From: Telmatocola sphagniphila
GTDB taxonomy: Bacteria; Planctomycetota; Planctomycetia; Gemmatales; Gemmataceae
Direction of reading: 5' to 3'
NCBI RefSeq assembly: GCF_018398935.1
Contig: NZ_CP074694.1
Location: 2,940,001-2,972,000 of the forward strand
DNA length: 32,000 bases
Made by a program: the position numbers and the translations under genes
Notes under the pieces: generated by a model
The model's input: only the letters and a program-made list of their open reading frames with translations
Database searches by the model: none
Told to the model about the DNA's origin: nothing
Shown here: in pieces, positions 1-10,271 of the stretch
Numbering within the stretch: the first letter of the stretch is position 1
Layout of the letters: each line of letters starts with the position of its first letter

Positions 1-48
1 TTTCTCAAGAACCAAACGGCTGAAGCTCACTTTACTGCTGATAGCTGA

Positions 49-873
49 TTAAGGAATCATAAACGCCAGAGCCAAAGCAATCCCGCTCTCGGCCAAGATT
101 CCCGTGACCGTGGCCCCCTGTTGGAACAGGATGTAAGGCACCTGATCTCCCGGCTGACACTGAGGCGAGCACTCCTGGCAGAAGGGCCGGGAAGCCGCGT
201 GATATGGGAAGAGCAGCGTATCCTTATAGAAGTAACTCAACGTCACGAATGGCTGAATGAAGCCCAGGTCCCAGCCGTAGCGTTCGGCATTCTTGTCTTC
301 GAAAAGCAATTTGCCGTGGCAGACATAATGCGGTTCGGCAATCATCTGCGATTTATTGTAAACACGAGCCAGAAACGCTTTGTCGCTCAAGGTAGGCTGC
401 GAAGGGAAATTCTCCATCAGCATCTGTTCGTTTTTGATGCGTTTCTCAAGAGCTTTCTCCGATTCAAATCGGTACAACTCTTCCGTTTTCGGGAGATCCG
501 TTTTCACCACATAAGTGTTGGCCGGGTCCTGAACTTTGGGATCCTCTTTCTTCGGATCGTCCTTTTTGTTCTGAACGAGCTGCGAAGGCACGGCCACCAC
601 AGGCACGTATTTCGGCGCCTGGGTATAGGCCGGGATGGTAATCGCGGAGTTATTCGGCACGGTGGGAGCGGGAACCGCTTCCGTGGGAATCGTCTGCACG
701 GAACTGGTATTCGCGGGCTTCTTCAACTGCAGGGTCTGGCCCCGAAGCAGTGTATAATCCCCGGCCTTCGGCGCGGGGATCGACAGCGGATCGGGAGCCT
801 GAGCCCGAACCGACTCTCCGGCGAACAGACTGGCTATAACGGCCAGGCTATAGGCCATCTTTCGAATTGGCAT
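49..873 (-). CDS. Hypothetical secreted protein, no family recognised
   Basis: This is ORF 49..1023. I place the start at ATG 873 because [26 protein letters not shown] looks like a signal peptide and the 50 codons upstream overlap the guaB 3' end. The N-terminal half is Pro/Lys-rich. The C-terminal half carries YGWDLG and CQECSPQC segments and ends in a hydrophobic tail. With this start the gene overlaps the guaB stop by about 26 nt, which suggests co-transcription. Confidence 0.55.
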   Translation of the reverse strand: MPIRKMAYSLAVIASLFAGESVRAQAPDPLSIPAPKAGDYTLLRGQTLQLKKPANTSSVQTIPTEAVPAPTVPNNSAITIPAYTQAPKYVPVVAVPSQLVQNKKDDPKKEDPKVQDPANTYVVKTDLPKTEELYRFESEKALEKRIKNEQMLMENFPSQPTLSDKAFLARVYNKSQMIAEPHYVCHGKLLFEDKNAERYGWDLGFIQPFVTLSYFYKDTLLFPYHAASRPFCQECSPQCQPGDQVPYILFQQGATVTGILAESGIALALAFMIP

Positions 874-2359
874 CTTCCCGGCTGCTGTAGTTGGGCGCTT
901 CTTGAGTAATAGCGATATCATGCGGATGGCTCTCCTGTACCGATGCCGCGCTGACCTGAATGAATCTCGCATTGTTGCGAAGCTCTTCCAGGTTGCGTGT
1001 GCCGCAATATCCCATGCCGGCACGCAATCCCCCGACCAATTGAAACAGGAACGGCGCCAAATGCCCCTTGTAAGGCACCCGGCCTTCCACCCCTTCGGGC
1101 ACCAGCTTACCGCCGGCTGTCCCTTCTTTGGGAAGCGATTGCTGGTAGCGATCCGAAGATCCTGCCATCATCGCTCCCATCGATCCCATACCCCGATAGA
1201 CCTTGAAGGATCTACCTTTATAGAGAATGGTCTGTCCCGGACTTTCCGCGACTCCCGCGAACAAGCCGCCGATCATAACGCTGTGGGCTCCGGCCGCCAA
1301 GGCCTTGGTTATATCCCCCGAGTATCGGATCCCGCCGTCCGCAATAATCGGTATTCCCGCTCCTTGCAAGCCTTTTACTGCCTGAGAAATCGCGGAAAGT
1401 TGAGGAACCCCCACCCCAGACACAATTCGGGTCGTGCAGATCGAGCCCGGCCCGATCCCCACCTTGATCGCGTCGGCACCGGCATCGAGAAGAGCTTTCG
1501 CCCCTTCCATCGTCGCCACATTGCCTGCAATCACATCAATCCGGCAGCGCTTCTTAATTTCGCGAACCGTTTCGATCACATTTCGCGAATGGCCGTGAGC
1601 CGAATCAACTACCAGAACATCCACACCCGCCTGGATCAGCGAATCGGCCCGCTCGAAATCCTGAACCCCGATCGCCGCCCCCACTCGGAGCCGTCCTCGA
1701 TTGTCCTTACTTCCGTTAGGAAAGTTGAGGATTTTATCGATATCTTTGATCGTAATAAGGCCCTTCAGTCTGTATTCATCGTCTACCAGGAGTAATTTCT
1801 CCACTTTATTTTCCGTCAAAATTCGTTCAGCCGCTTCAAGCGTTGTATTTTCCGGGGCCGTGACCAGATTGGTCTTGGTCATCACCTCTTCGAGTCGTTG
1901 GTTCTGGTCGGATAGGAAGCGCAGGTCGCGCCGGGTGAGTATCCCTTTTAGGTAACCATTGACGGTAATAGGAACGCCGCTGATGTGCTGCTGCTCCATA
2001 ATCCGGCGGGCGGTCTTCACCGTTTCTTCGGGCGGCAGCGTAATCGGATCGGTGATAATCCCGTTTTCGGAGCGCTTCACCTTATCGACTTCCCGGGTTT
2101 GTAGTGGAATCGACAGATTTTTGTGAATGATGCCGATGCCCCCCTCTTGGGCCAGGGCAATGGCCAGTTCGCTTTCGGTCACCGTATCCATGGGCGAGGA
2201 GACGATGGGAATATTGATTTTGATGTTGCGGGTGAGTTGCGTGCGAACGTTCACTTCCCGGGGAATTACGTCAGAGTAAGCAGGTTCCAGCAGAACATCG
2301 TCGAAAGTGATTCCTTGATAGCCAATTCGATCTAACATGCGTAATTCCCCAGCATCCAT
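848..2359 (-). CDS. guaB: Inosine-5'-monophosphate dehydrogenase
   Basis: 503 aa. It has the catalytic loop [11 protein letters not shown], the IMPDH barrel motifs ([17 protein letters not shown]) and an inserted CBS pair (ISGVPIT...LVDD). Confidence 0.97.
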   Translation of the reverse strand: MDAGELRMLDRIGYQGITFDDVLLEPAYSDVIPREVNVRTQLTRNIKINIPIVSSPMDTVTESELAIALAQEGGIGIIHKNLSIPLQTREVDKVKRSENGIITDPITLPPEETVKTARRIMEQQHISGVPITVNGYLKGILTRRDLRFLSDQNQRLEEVMTKTNLVTAPENTTLEAAERILTENKVEKLLLVDDEYRLKGLITIKDIDKILNFPNGSKDNRGRLRVGAAIGVQDFERADSLIQAGVDVLVVDSAHGHSRNVIETVREIKKRCRIDVIAGNVATMEGAKALLDAGADAIKVGIGPGSICTTRIVSGVGVPQLSAISQAVKGLQGAGIPIIADGGIRYSGDITKALAAGAHSVMIGGLFAGVAESPGQTILYKGRSFKVYRGMGSMGAMMAGSSDRYQQSLPKEGTAGGKLVPEGVEGRVPYKGHLAPFLFQLVGGLRAGMGYCGTRNLEELRNNARFIQVSAASVQESHPHDIAITQEAPNYSSREDANSKDGL

Positions 2360-2469
2360 CCGAAAGGTAATTGGGAGAAATTATAGAGAATGCTTGCGAG
2401 GAGCAACGACGACAGATACCTTAGTAGGCAATATCCCACCCAAACTTAAACTTTATTTAGGATAAATTG

Positions 2470-3768
2470 ATGGAATACTCTCCAAATCGCCGCCATTTTA
2501 TTCTGTCGGCCGGGCTCGGTACTGCCGCGCTGGCGATGAATTCGACCCCGACCTACGCCTCCAAATCCAACGAAATTCGTATCGGCGTCATTGGCACGGC
2601 CAATCAAGCTCGAGCCAACTGGGAGCCGGTGGCCGCCGCGGGAGGCAAGATCGTGACAGTTTGCGATGTGGACGAGAATCTAGCCGTTGATATTCGCAAG
2701 AAGCATCCCGACGCCAAATTCTTTTCGGACTATCGGAAACTACTCGAAGCCAAAGGCATTGATGCCGTCATCGTCAGCACGGCTGATCACAATCACTTCC
2801 CGGCAACCTACCTGGCCATTCAAGCAGGTCTCCATGTCTACTGTGAAAAGCCATTGACCCATACCGTTGGCGAGGCCCGCCGGATTATCGAGGCTACTCG
2901 GCAGAAAAAAGTCGTGACCCAGATGGGTACCCAGATCCATGCCGGGAAGAACTATCGACGAGTAGTCGAAATCCTTCAAAGTGGTGCTATTGGCGAGATC
3001 AATGAAGTGCAAACTTGGGTCGGCACCAGCTACGGCAAGCAGAGTTTGAAGGCCCGCGTCGGAAACCCTTCCGATAAAATCCCAGCCGGCTTCAATTACG
3101 ATCTCTGGCTCGGGCCAGTGGCCGAACGGCCTTACTCTTCCGCGTACCATCCCTTCAACTGGCGACATTTTTGGGCTTTCGGCGGAGGCGCTTTAGCCGA
3201 TATGGCTTGTCACCACATGGATCTTCCCTTCTGGGCTCTGGGCTTAAAACACCCTTCGACGGTCTCGGCCAAGGGTTCGCCCGTGGATCCAGAAATTTGC
3301 CACGAATGGTGCGATGTGGAATATATCTTCCTCCGCGAAAACAAAGAACCCTTGAAACTCACCTGGTCCGATGGTCCTCGTAATCAAACTCTAGTGAAAG
3401 AACTCGGCTTGCAGAATTACGCGGGCGGCGGCAACCTGTTTATAGGCAAAAAGGGAATGCTGGTAGCGAATTACGGCAGCTATACGCTCCTACCCAAGGA
3501 GCAGTTCAAAGACTTCAAAGCCCCAGCCCCGACCATCCCCGATTCCATCGGCCACCATAAAGAATGGCTGGAAGCAATCCGAAAGAGAACGTCCACCACC
3601 TGCAATTTCGAGTACAGCGGCACGCTGACCGAAGCCGTTCTCTTAGGCACCGTCGCCTATCGCACCGGCAAGAAACTGGAATGGGATGCCAAGAACTTGA
3701 AGGCGACCAATGTGTCCGAGGCCGATAAGCTGATCCACAAGGAATACCGCAAAGGCTGGGCGGTTTAG
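2470..3768 (+). CDS. Gfo/Idh/MocA-family oxidoreductase with a Tat signal peptide
   Basis: It has a twin-arginine motif (NRRHFILSAGLGTAALA), a Rossmann start (IRIGVIGTANQA) and the family motif YCEKPL. I chose ATG 2470, one codon inside the TTG given by the ORF track. Confidence 0.9.
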   Translation: MEYSPNRRHFILSAGLGTAALAMNSTPTYASKSNEIRIGVIGTANQARANWEPVAAAGGKIVTVCDVDENLAVDIRKKHPDAKFFSDYRKLLEAKGIDAVIVSTADHNHFPATYLAIQAGLHVYCEKPLTHTVGEARRIIEATRQKKVVTQMGTQIHAGKNYRRVVEILQSGAIGEINEVQTWVGTSYGKQSLKARVGNPSDKIPAGFNYDLWLGPVAERPYSSAYHPFNWRHFWAFGGGALADMACHHMDLPFWALGLKHPSTVSAKGSPVDPEICHEWCDVEYIFLRENKEPLKLTWSDGPRNQTLVKELGLQNYAGGGNLFIGKKGMLVANYGSYTLLPKEQFKDFKAPAPTIPDSIGHHKEWLEAIRKRTSTTCNFEYSGTLTEAVLLGTVAYRTGKKLEWDAKNLKATNVSEADKLIHKEYRKGWAV

Positions 3769-5192
3769 CTTCCGCCATCGAGTTTAGTCAAAGCATCGGC
3801 ACAGTAACCCATCACCCGATCGCGAACATTCGATTTCGTGAATCGGGCACCCGTTTCCTGCCAATCCCGATATCCTTCGACCAGCTTCCGCAGCGTTTTC
3901 CGAGCGGTTTCCAGCGCCGGATCTTGAGGATCATATTCTCCGATAGTTATCGGCGAGGTAACGGCATAGGCCCCTCTTTGATTTCGGGAATCCTCGCCGG
4001 ACGGCCCATCGACACTCAAAATCACAAAGGGAGAAGGACACTGGGAAACGGGAAACTCGGCTTCAATGCAATAGACTCCCGACACTTCGCGAGCTTTAAA
4101 CTCGGCCAACTTGGTCGTTGCATTGGAAACCGTCAGCTTCTCCATAGGCCTAAGCGATTCCGCCCGGGCCCGTAACCACTCCTCTTCGACCGACCATTCC
4201 ATAATCGGTCCGTTTGTGACGTAGGTCTTGGCCTCTCGAATCGCCTCCACGAAAGTCCGATCACGCGATACTACGGTTAGCAAAGTGTTGGCAGCCATCT
4301 TATTCGACCAGCGTTCCCGGGAGCCGACCAGGGCCACCGGGTAATTCAAGGTCCGGAGCATCGTCACCATCGAAAGGATCTTGGCAGCTCGATTTGCCGT
4401 CAATTCGATGGCATCGATCTTACCCAGTAGGGCGGCAACGAGGGCTTCTCCTCCTGGTACCGCCTCGTGATAGGCATCGACCCAGACGGCGACTCCTTTT
4501 TTGCGATGGCCTTGATCGCACCAGTCGCAAATCGACCAGTTGTCATTTTCTTCGCCGAATGACAGGGGAAAAATGGGGCGATGGCAGTGCAATAAAGCGA
4601 CTTTACCGACGGCCGGATGACTATTGAGGGTGTTCACAACAACGGAAGTACCATCGCGCTCCAGGCAGGCCTCCTGTCCGCTGAAAGCCGCGAGGTTCAT
4701 GGTCGTGGGATAGAGTTTCCCATCCTGCCCGGGAACCATGTTCTCGGCGATCAACAGCTGGATTGCATCGAGCCCTTCTGCTTGCGCTTCCAGCAAAGCA
4801 TCATGCGGCGTCAGAAAATGCGCCCGGCTATCCACGAAAAAATCGTTTCTGGCTGGAAGCTTCTTCTCAATCGTCAGTCGCAAGGCCATCTGCCCCGCCC
4901 CGAGCGTCACCGTTCTATCGATTGGCTCATAAAGCAGTCCTTTGGCTACCTGCAAGTGCAATGGCACTCCCGTCGGCAATGTGATCTCGCAAGAGCCATC
5001 GATGTAGTACCATTTTTTGGTCCCAATGGCCGCGGCACCGCCGACGGCTTCCGCCAGTCCCATCGGAAAATCTTCTGCACGGCCGTGCGGAGCGTAGAAT
5101 TTTCCCTGCTCATCCTGAATGCTGAAGCGGACCGGAGTTTGCTGTTCGGTAGTGGAATCGTTGACACGCAAATGAACGGTCAGTTCGGTCAC
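3765..5192 (-). CDS. Hypothetical protein, possibly a PHP/CehA-McbA-like metallohydrolase fold with a variant first metal motif
   Basis: This is a 475-aa ORF. Its GTG start overlaps the stop of the upstream isomerase gene (GTGA). The segment FFVDSRAHFLTPHDALLEAQAEGLDAIQLL resembles the D-x-H-x-H...GLD opening of PHP-type hydrolases, but Arg replaces the first His. The fold assignment is tentative. Confidence 0.6.
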   Translation of the reverse strand: MTELTVHLRVNDSTTEQQTPVRFSIQDEQGKFYAPHGRAEDFPMGLAEAVGGAAAIGTKKWYYIDGSCEITLPTGVPLHLQVAKGLLYEPIDRTVTLGAGQMALRLTIEKKLPARNDFFVDSRAHFLTPHDALLEAQAEGLDAIQLLIAENMVPGQDGKLYPTTMNLAAFSGQEACLERDGTSVVVNTLNSHPAVGKVALLHCHRPIFPLSFGEENDNWSICDWCDQGHRKKGVAVWVDAYHEAVPGGEALVAALLGKIDAIELTANRAAKILSMVTMLRTLNYPVALVGSRERWSNKMAANTLLTVVSRDRTFVEAIREAKTYVTNGPIMEWSVEEEWLRARAESLRPMEKLTVSNATTKLAEFKAREVSGVYCIEAEFPVSQCPSPFVILSVDGPSGEDSRNQRGAYAVTSPITIGEYDPQDPALETARKTLRKLVEGYRDWQETGARFTKSNVRDRVMGYCADALTKLDGGS

Positions 5193-6019
5193 TGGTGTTT
5201 CGCTCCCAACTTGTTCAGAATCGAGCGAATAGCCTCTATCGCCTTCGGAAACAATTCCGGCCCGGTCACTCCGCCAGTGGGCCCACCACCGAGAAGATGC
5301 GGTTCGAGCGTGAAGAAGCCGGAGTACCCCATGGCCACTACTTCGGCAACCACCTTTTCCATCAGGCTGTCCCCCTGCCCCGCCAGACAGCCATGTTCTT
5401 CGCCCTTTTTCCAGTCTTTGACATGAAAGTGGGCCAGGTGCGGCTTATTGGCCAACCAGCCGGCCCAGGGATCGTAGCCGCCATATACGAAGTTGGCCGG
5501 ATCATGCACGGCCTGAAAATGCGCATGGCGGACCGTATCAAAAAGATCTTTAACTCGTTCTGGTGAATCGCCGTAGATGCGGTGCTCATTTTCGTGCAGC
5601 AGTTTCACGCCGGCCTTCTCGGCCATCTGCGCTTTCACTTGCAAGCGCCGCATTACTTCATTGCGATAGGGAGCCCAATTTCCATCGAAATTATCGGGGG
5701 GATAATAGCTGAAAATTCGGATGTTCGGCGTGTCGAAAAAACTGCACAGATGAATGGCCCGTTGAAATTTTTCCAGATGGGGCTCGAAAGGATCGGTGAT
5801 TTTGATTTTCCCGATCGGCGAACCAATGGCACTGATTTGAAAACCTTCCTGATCCAGCAGTTTCTTGAAGCTGGCGATCTGGGGATCATCGAGGCTCAGG
5901 ACGTTCGTCTTGTAGATCGAACGGAACTCGATGTGCTTCACTCCGGAAGCTTTCAGAATGGCCAGTTGTTCTTCCGGTTCCGCGGAAATCTCATCGGCAA
6001 ACGCGGAGAGTGTGATCAT
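5189..6019 (-). CDS. Sugar phosphate isomerase/epimerase (xylose-isomerase-like TIM barrel)
   Basis: 276 aa with the typical AP-endonuclease-2/xylose-isomerase-like pattern: AFADEIS, KHIEFR, LLHENEH, HFHVKD, TLEPH. Confidence 0.88.
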   Translation of the reverse strand: MITLSAFADEISAEPEEQLAILKASGVKHIEFRSIYKTNVLSLDDPQIASFKKLLDQEGFQISAIGSPIGKIKITDPFEPHLEKFQRAIHLCSFFDTPNIRIFSYYPPDNFDGNWAPYRNEVMRRLQVKAQMAEKAGVKLLHENEHRIYGDSPERVKDLFDTVRHAHFQAVHDPANFVYGGYDPWAGWLANKPHLAHFHVKDWKKGEEHGCLAGQGDSLMEKVVAEVVAMGYSGFFTLEPHLLGGGPTGGVTGPELFPKAIEAIRSILNKLGAKHQ

Positions 6020-6051
6020 CGCATCCCCTTACCAGGCACTAGTATCATAAT

Positions 6052-8292
6052 TTACTTCTTATTCACAATTTTCAGCTTCACTTTATCCGCCACGAAAGTC
6101 TTATCTCCCTGCGTGGCAAAACGGATTTTCACCTTACGTAAGGCCCCAAATCCATTCACATCCAGAATCTGACCGATGCCATACCCTTCGTGTTGGACAA
6201 TCGTACCCGGCCGAAGTTCCTCGGATAGCGTATCCCCCACCTGCACCGGGGAAGGGCTGACTTTGGCGGACGACGAAGTGAAAGCCGCTTTATTCCAATC
6301 GAAGGGAGCCTTGGTGCCAAAGCCGGAATAGCTGGCCATCCGCTGCGAGCTGATTGAAAGATCCTGTCTCTGCACTTCCTCCGGCAATTCGCCAAGAAAC
6401 GAGGAGGGAATGGCATACAGCGACTGGCCGCGAAACTCCCGGACTTTGGAATTGCACAAAAACAATTCCCGCATCGCCCGAGTCATACCCACATAGGCGA
6501 GCCGCCGTTCTTCCTCGATATCTTCGTCTTTCTGCAAGCTTCGTTCGTGCGGCAGAATGCCTTCCTCCACCGCCAGGATGTAAACAATGGGGAATTCCAG
6601 TCCCTTGGAGGCATGCAGAGTCATCACCGAAACATGATCCTGCTTTTCATCCCAGCCATCGACGTCCGATGCAAGCGTGATCTGTTCGAGAAAATCGGTG
6701 ATCGTTCGTTCGCCGTCCTCGTTGTAAAACTGCATGGCGGCGGTAATGAGTTCCTCGACGTTCGCCAGCCGTTCTTCATCTTCCGGGTCCCGGCTGTCTT
6801 TCAACATTGCCCGATAACCCGATTGTTCCAGAACTAACTGAATCACCTCGTGCGGTTTGTCTTCGATGTGTTCGCGCAAAACGTGCATGAGCTGGGCGAA
6901 TTCTTTTAGACCCTTGGCCGCTTTGCCCTTGATATTGGGCACTTTCTCCACATTGGCGGCCGCTCTCAAGAGGCCTATCTGATGCTGTTCGGCGAATCCC
7001 GACAAGTGTTCCAGAGAGACTTTGCCGATGCCTCGGGCCGGCTCGTTGACTGCCCGCAAAAACGAGATGTTGTCCTGCGGATTCACAAGCAACCGCAGGT
7101 AAGCCAGGATGTCTTTATTTTCTTTGCGTTCGAAGAAGGCGAGACCTTTGACAATCTGATAGGGAATGCCATTTTTTATGAAGGCCGACTCGATCGTTCG
7201 CGTCAGAGCGTTCATGCGAACGAAAATCGCAAAATCCCGATAGGAAGCTTTTTCCGAAGCCACCTTATCCTTAATCTGACGAGCAATCTGATCGGCTTCA
7301 TCCAGGCCGCTATCGAAGGTCAACACCTTCACCGCTTCCCCTTCCGGATTATCGGTAATCAGTCCCTTCTTTTTGCGATTTTTGTTGCGGGAAATCAGCG
7401 TGCTGGCCGCATGCAGAATCGACTTCGTACTGCGATAATTCCGATCGAGCGTAATGACTTTGGCTTTCGGAAAATCGCGTTCGAAATCGAGAATATTGCG
7501 AATGTCCGAACCGCGCCATTTGTAAATCGACTGATCCGGGTCGCCTACCACGCAAATATTCTGGCTGGCCTTCGACAGGAACCGGGCCATGATATACTGG
7601 GCCTGGTTGGTATCCTGATATTCGTCGATCAGAATATACTTGAAGCGGGCATCGAGGGTATTACGAAAATCCTCGTTCGTCTGTAAAGCCAGCGCCGGCA
7701 TGAACAAGAGATCGTCGAAATCGACGGCGTTCGCTTCCTTCAATTTCTTCTGATATATCGCATACACGTGCGAGGCAATCTGCCCCAGAAAATCATTTTC
7801 CTGCCGATAAAAAGCATCGGGTGTGAGCAACTGATTTTTGGCCCGGCTGATGGCGTTACCGATACGATCCGGAGTGAACTTCTCGACACCCGGCACGGTG
7901 ACCGCATCCATGGCGATCTTGATGACCTTCAGCCGGTCGTCCATGTCATATATGGTGAAATTTTTATCCAGGTCAAAATGCTCGGCATACTGCCGCATGA
8001 TCCGCGCACCGAAGCTGTGAAAGGTGCTGATCCAGACGCGATTCCCCGGTAGCAGCGTATCGATGCGTTGTCGCATCTCCTGGGCTGCTTTGTTGGTAAA
8101 GGTAATAGCGAGAACGTTATAGGGTTTAACCCCCTGTTGCAGCAGATGGGCCACGCGTCGCGTAATCACTCGCGTTTTGCCCGATCCGGCCCCGGCCAGA
8201 ATCAGCAAAGGGCCTTCCATATGCTGCACCGCATCGGCCTGCTCGGGGGTCAAATCCGCCAGAATCGGATTGTTTGCGGAGAGTTCCGTCAT
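6052..8292 (-). CDS. uvrD: UvrD/PcrA-family ATP-dependent DNA helicase
   Basis: It has Walker A (AGAGSGKT) and the SF1 motifs (LAITFTNKAA, ILIDEYQDTN, VGDPDQSIYKWRG, NYRS, TLHASKGLEF, LAYVGMTRA). It also has the C-terminal Tudor-like tail (GTIVQHEGYGIGQILD). Confidence 0.95.
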   Translation of the reverse strand: MTELSANNPILADLTPEQADAVQHMEGPLLILAGAGSGKTRVITRRVAHLLQQGVKPYNVLAITFTNKAAQEMRQRIDTLLPGNRVWISTFHSFGARIMRQYAEHFDLDKNFTIYDMDDRLKVIKIAMDAVTVPGVEKFTPDRIGNAISRAKNQLLTPDAFYRQENDFLGQIASHVYAIYQKKLKEANAVDFDDLLFMPALALQTNEDFRNTLDARFKYILIDEYQDTNQAQYIMARFLSKASQNICVVGDPDQSIYKWRGSDIRNILDFERDFPKAKVITLDRNYRSTKSILHAASTLISRNKNRKKKGLITDNPEGEAVKVLTFDSGLDEADQIARQIKDKVASEKASYRDFAIFVRMNALTRTIESAFIKNGIPYQIVKGLAFFERKENKDILAYLRLLVNPQDNISFLRAVNEPARGIGKVSLEHLSGFAEQHQIGLLRAAANVEKVPNIKGKAAKGLKEFAQLMHVLREHIEDKPHEVIQLVLEQSGYRAMLKDSRDPEDEERLANVEELITAAMQFYNEDGERTITDFLEQITLASDVDGWDEKQDHVSVMTLHASKGLEFPIVYILAVEEGILPHERSLQKDEDIEEERRLAYVGMTRAMRELFLCNSKVREFRGQSLYAIPSSFLGELPEEVQRQDLSISSQRMASYSGFGTKAPFDWNKAAFTSSSAKVSPSPVQVGDTLSEELRPGTIVQHEGYGIGQILDVNGFGALRKVKIRFATQGDKTFVADKVKLKIVNKK

Positions 8293-8385
8293 TCGAATCC
8301 TTCAACAAGTCCATTTTTTCAGTAAAAGCTATTCTAGTCCGTTACAACATATCGAACACGACGAGAGACCGAACGGGGCGTGAAG

Positions 8386-8775
8386 ATGCGGATCCAGGGA
8401 CTGAGTACACAGCTCATCGAATGCGTTCGGATTGCCCGAATGCTCTCCAAACATGGCGAAAAATTCCTTCAGCGCGTCTATTCTCCCGACGAGATCCAAC
8501 TCTGCCAGGTGAGTAAGCATTCTACGCAGATGTTCGCGGCCTATTGGGCCTGCAAAGAAGCAATTTTGAAAATGCTCGGCGTGGAAGACCGGGATCGCTT
8601 CGACTGGCGCGAAGTGGAAATCGTTTGGCTCAATGGCCGGAATCAGGCCATTCTGAAAGGTTCCCTGGCAGAAAAATATAACGTACGTCGGATTTCCGAG
8701 CTGTGGCTCAGCTATTCCTACACCCGGAATTACGCCTCGGCGACTGTCCTCTCGATGCAGGACGATCATTCCTGA
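8386..8775 (+). CDS. acpS: Holo-ACP synthase-like 4'-phosphopantetheinyl transferase (divergent)
   Basis: About 130 aa. The N-terminus MRIQGLSTQLIECVRI aligns to the AcpS pattern I-x-G-I-G-x-D-I-x-E-x-x-R-I. The motifs WACKEAILKMLG and SYSYTRNYASATV match the AcpS core. The ORF track starts two codons earlier, at GTG 8380. Confidence 0.75.
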   Translation: MRIQGLSTQLIECVRIARMLSKHGEKFLQRVYSPDEIQLCQVSKHSTQMFAAYWACKEAILKMLGVEDRDRFDWREVEIVWLNGRNQAILKGSLAEKYNVRRISELWLSYSYTRNYASATVLSMQDDHS

Positions 8776-8798
8776 ATTGCCAGAATTAATTCGCCTTC

Positions 8799-10271
8799 CT
8801 AGACGTCGCCCTCAATACCCGTCTTCAACTCCGGTAGTTTCACCGTAAAAGTGGTCTCATCCGCACTCGAAGTAAATTGAATTTGCCCACCCATCGCTTC
8901 CACAATACTCTTACAGATCGCCAGCCCTAAGCCATTACCACCGGAAGTGCGAGCCCGGGCTTTATCGACCCGGTAGAAACGTTCAAAAATATGAGACTGA
9001 TCGGCCTCGGGAATTCCGGGCCCATTGTTGCGAATTGCCAATACGATCGAGTCTACTTCCCGACTCAGACGGACGAACGCTTCGCCGCCGGGCCGGTTGT
9101 ATTGGATTGCGTTATTCAGCAGATTGCGAACCACCTGAGCCAGGGCCCCGGTATCCGCCATCACTTGAGCGAAAATCAGTTCGCTGCGAAGCCGGACGTC
9201 ACTTTTTTCGGCCAACGGCGTCAGCAGCAATAGGCATTCTTCCACGATTCCCGTGAAATTTACTTGCTCGCGAATGAGATCGAGCCGTCCGGAATCGGCC
9301 CGTGCTAATGTCAGGAGCCCTTCGACTATCGAATACATGCGATCGGCCGCTTTACCGGTCGCTTCCAAAGTACTCGTATACTCTTCGGGGGATCGCGGCC
9401 GGGAGAGCGCCAGTTCCACATGCGATTTGATAATTGCCAGAGGCGTTCGCAATTCGTGCGAAGCGTCGGCGGTGAAGCGAGCCTGCTGGGCAAAACTCGT
9501 TTCCAGTCGATCAAAGGCGTCATTCAGCACAACCGCCAGATCGGCCAACTCCTTGTCGATCCGGGAAGTATCAATCCGCTCCGACAGATTAACGGCCGAG
9601 ATTCGCGAAGCGGTTTCAGAAATTTTGCGGACCGGCCGGATCATCCGGGCCGAAAAGACCCAGCCGCCCAGCAATCCTAAAAGGAGTAACGCCAACCCGG
9701 AAATCGCCAGAACGCCCGCAAAGCGATTCATCTCATCGTGAAGATGAACGGTCGACAATCCGACCACAATAATCGCTCTGCGCGGCCCCATGCGAATGGC
9801 TTCGCGAAACTCGCGACGATTGGAAATCAACGCATCAATGCCGAAATCCCGGTCAGAAACGGGAGGTTCCAGATCGGGCGGGATATCGACCGCTTTAATG
9901 ACTGATTTATCGTGTCGCCAGATGACATAATAAAGCTCCCCCTTACGCCCTCCCGATTCGGGCCATCCGGGAGGAGTTAATTCTCGAAGTGTCCGTTCAT
10001 TCGGACTGGCGAGTCGATCGACGGGTGGAGGAGGATTGTCTTTTTTCGGCGGCGGCCCATCCTTCTTGCGGATCATCCCATCTTTAGGAATGGGTTCGAA
10101 ATTGCGCAGCGATGTATCCAGATAATTTGCGGCGGAGATCAGCTCTTTATCGATCTCTTTTCGTCGGGCATCGCGCACCTGAAAGTAAAGAAAGAGCCCA
10201 TACCCGGCCACCACGGTGATCAGGACGCACGCGTACCAGAATTGCAGCCGCCAACGCAGCGATCTAACCAT
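8799..10271 (-). CDS. Sensor histidine kinase, heavy-metal (CusS/CopS)-like
   Basis: It has two TM segments flanking an extracytoplasmic loop of about 150 aa, then a HAMP domain, the H-box SHELRTPLA and the N-box LLNNAIQYN. The G1 region NNGPGIPEADQSHIFERFYRVDKAR matches the N-x-G...FxRFYRxD signature of CusS-type kinases. The gene overlaps the regulator gene by 8 nt. Confidence 0.9.
   Translation of the reverse strand: MVRSLRWRLQFWYACVLITVVAGYGLFLYFQVRDARRKEIDKELISAANYLDTSLRNFEPIPKDGMIRKKDGPPPKKDNPPPPVDRLASPNERTLRELTPPGWPESGGRKGELYYVIWRHDKSVIKAVDIPPDLEPPVSDRDFGIDALISNRREFREAIRMGPRRAIIVVGLSTVHLHDEMNRFAGVLAISGLALLLLGLLGGWVFSARMIRPVRKISETASRISAVNLSERIDTSRIDKELADLAVVLNDAFDRLETSFAQQARFTADASHELRTPLAIIKSHVELALSRPRSPEEYTSTLEATGKAADRMYSIVEGLLTLARADSGRLDLIREQVNFTGIVEECLLLLTPLAEKSDVRLRSELIFAQVMADTGALAQVVRNLLNNAIQYNRPGGEAFVRLSREVDSIVLAIRNNGPGIPEADQSHIFERFYRVDKARARTSGGNGLGLAICKSIVEAMGGQIQFTSSADETTFTVKLPELKTGIEGDV

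Noticed and set aside
2360-2466. I checked for a possible purine riboswitch or leader upstream of guaB.
   Set aside because: The divergent spacer is only about 107 nt, and I could not draw the conserved three-way junction or its loop motifs.
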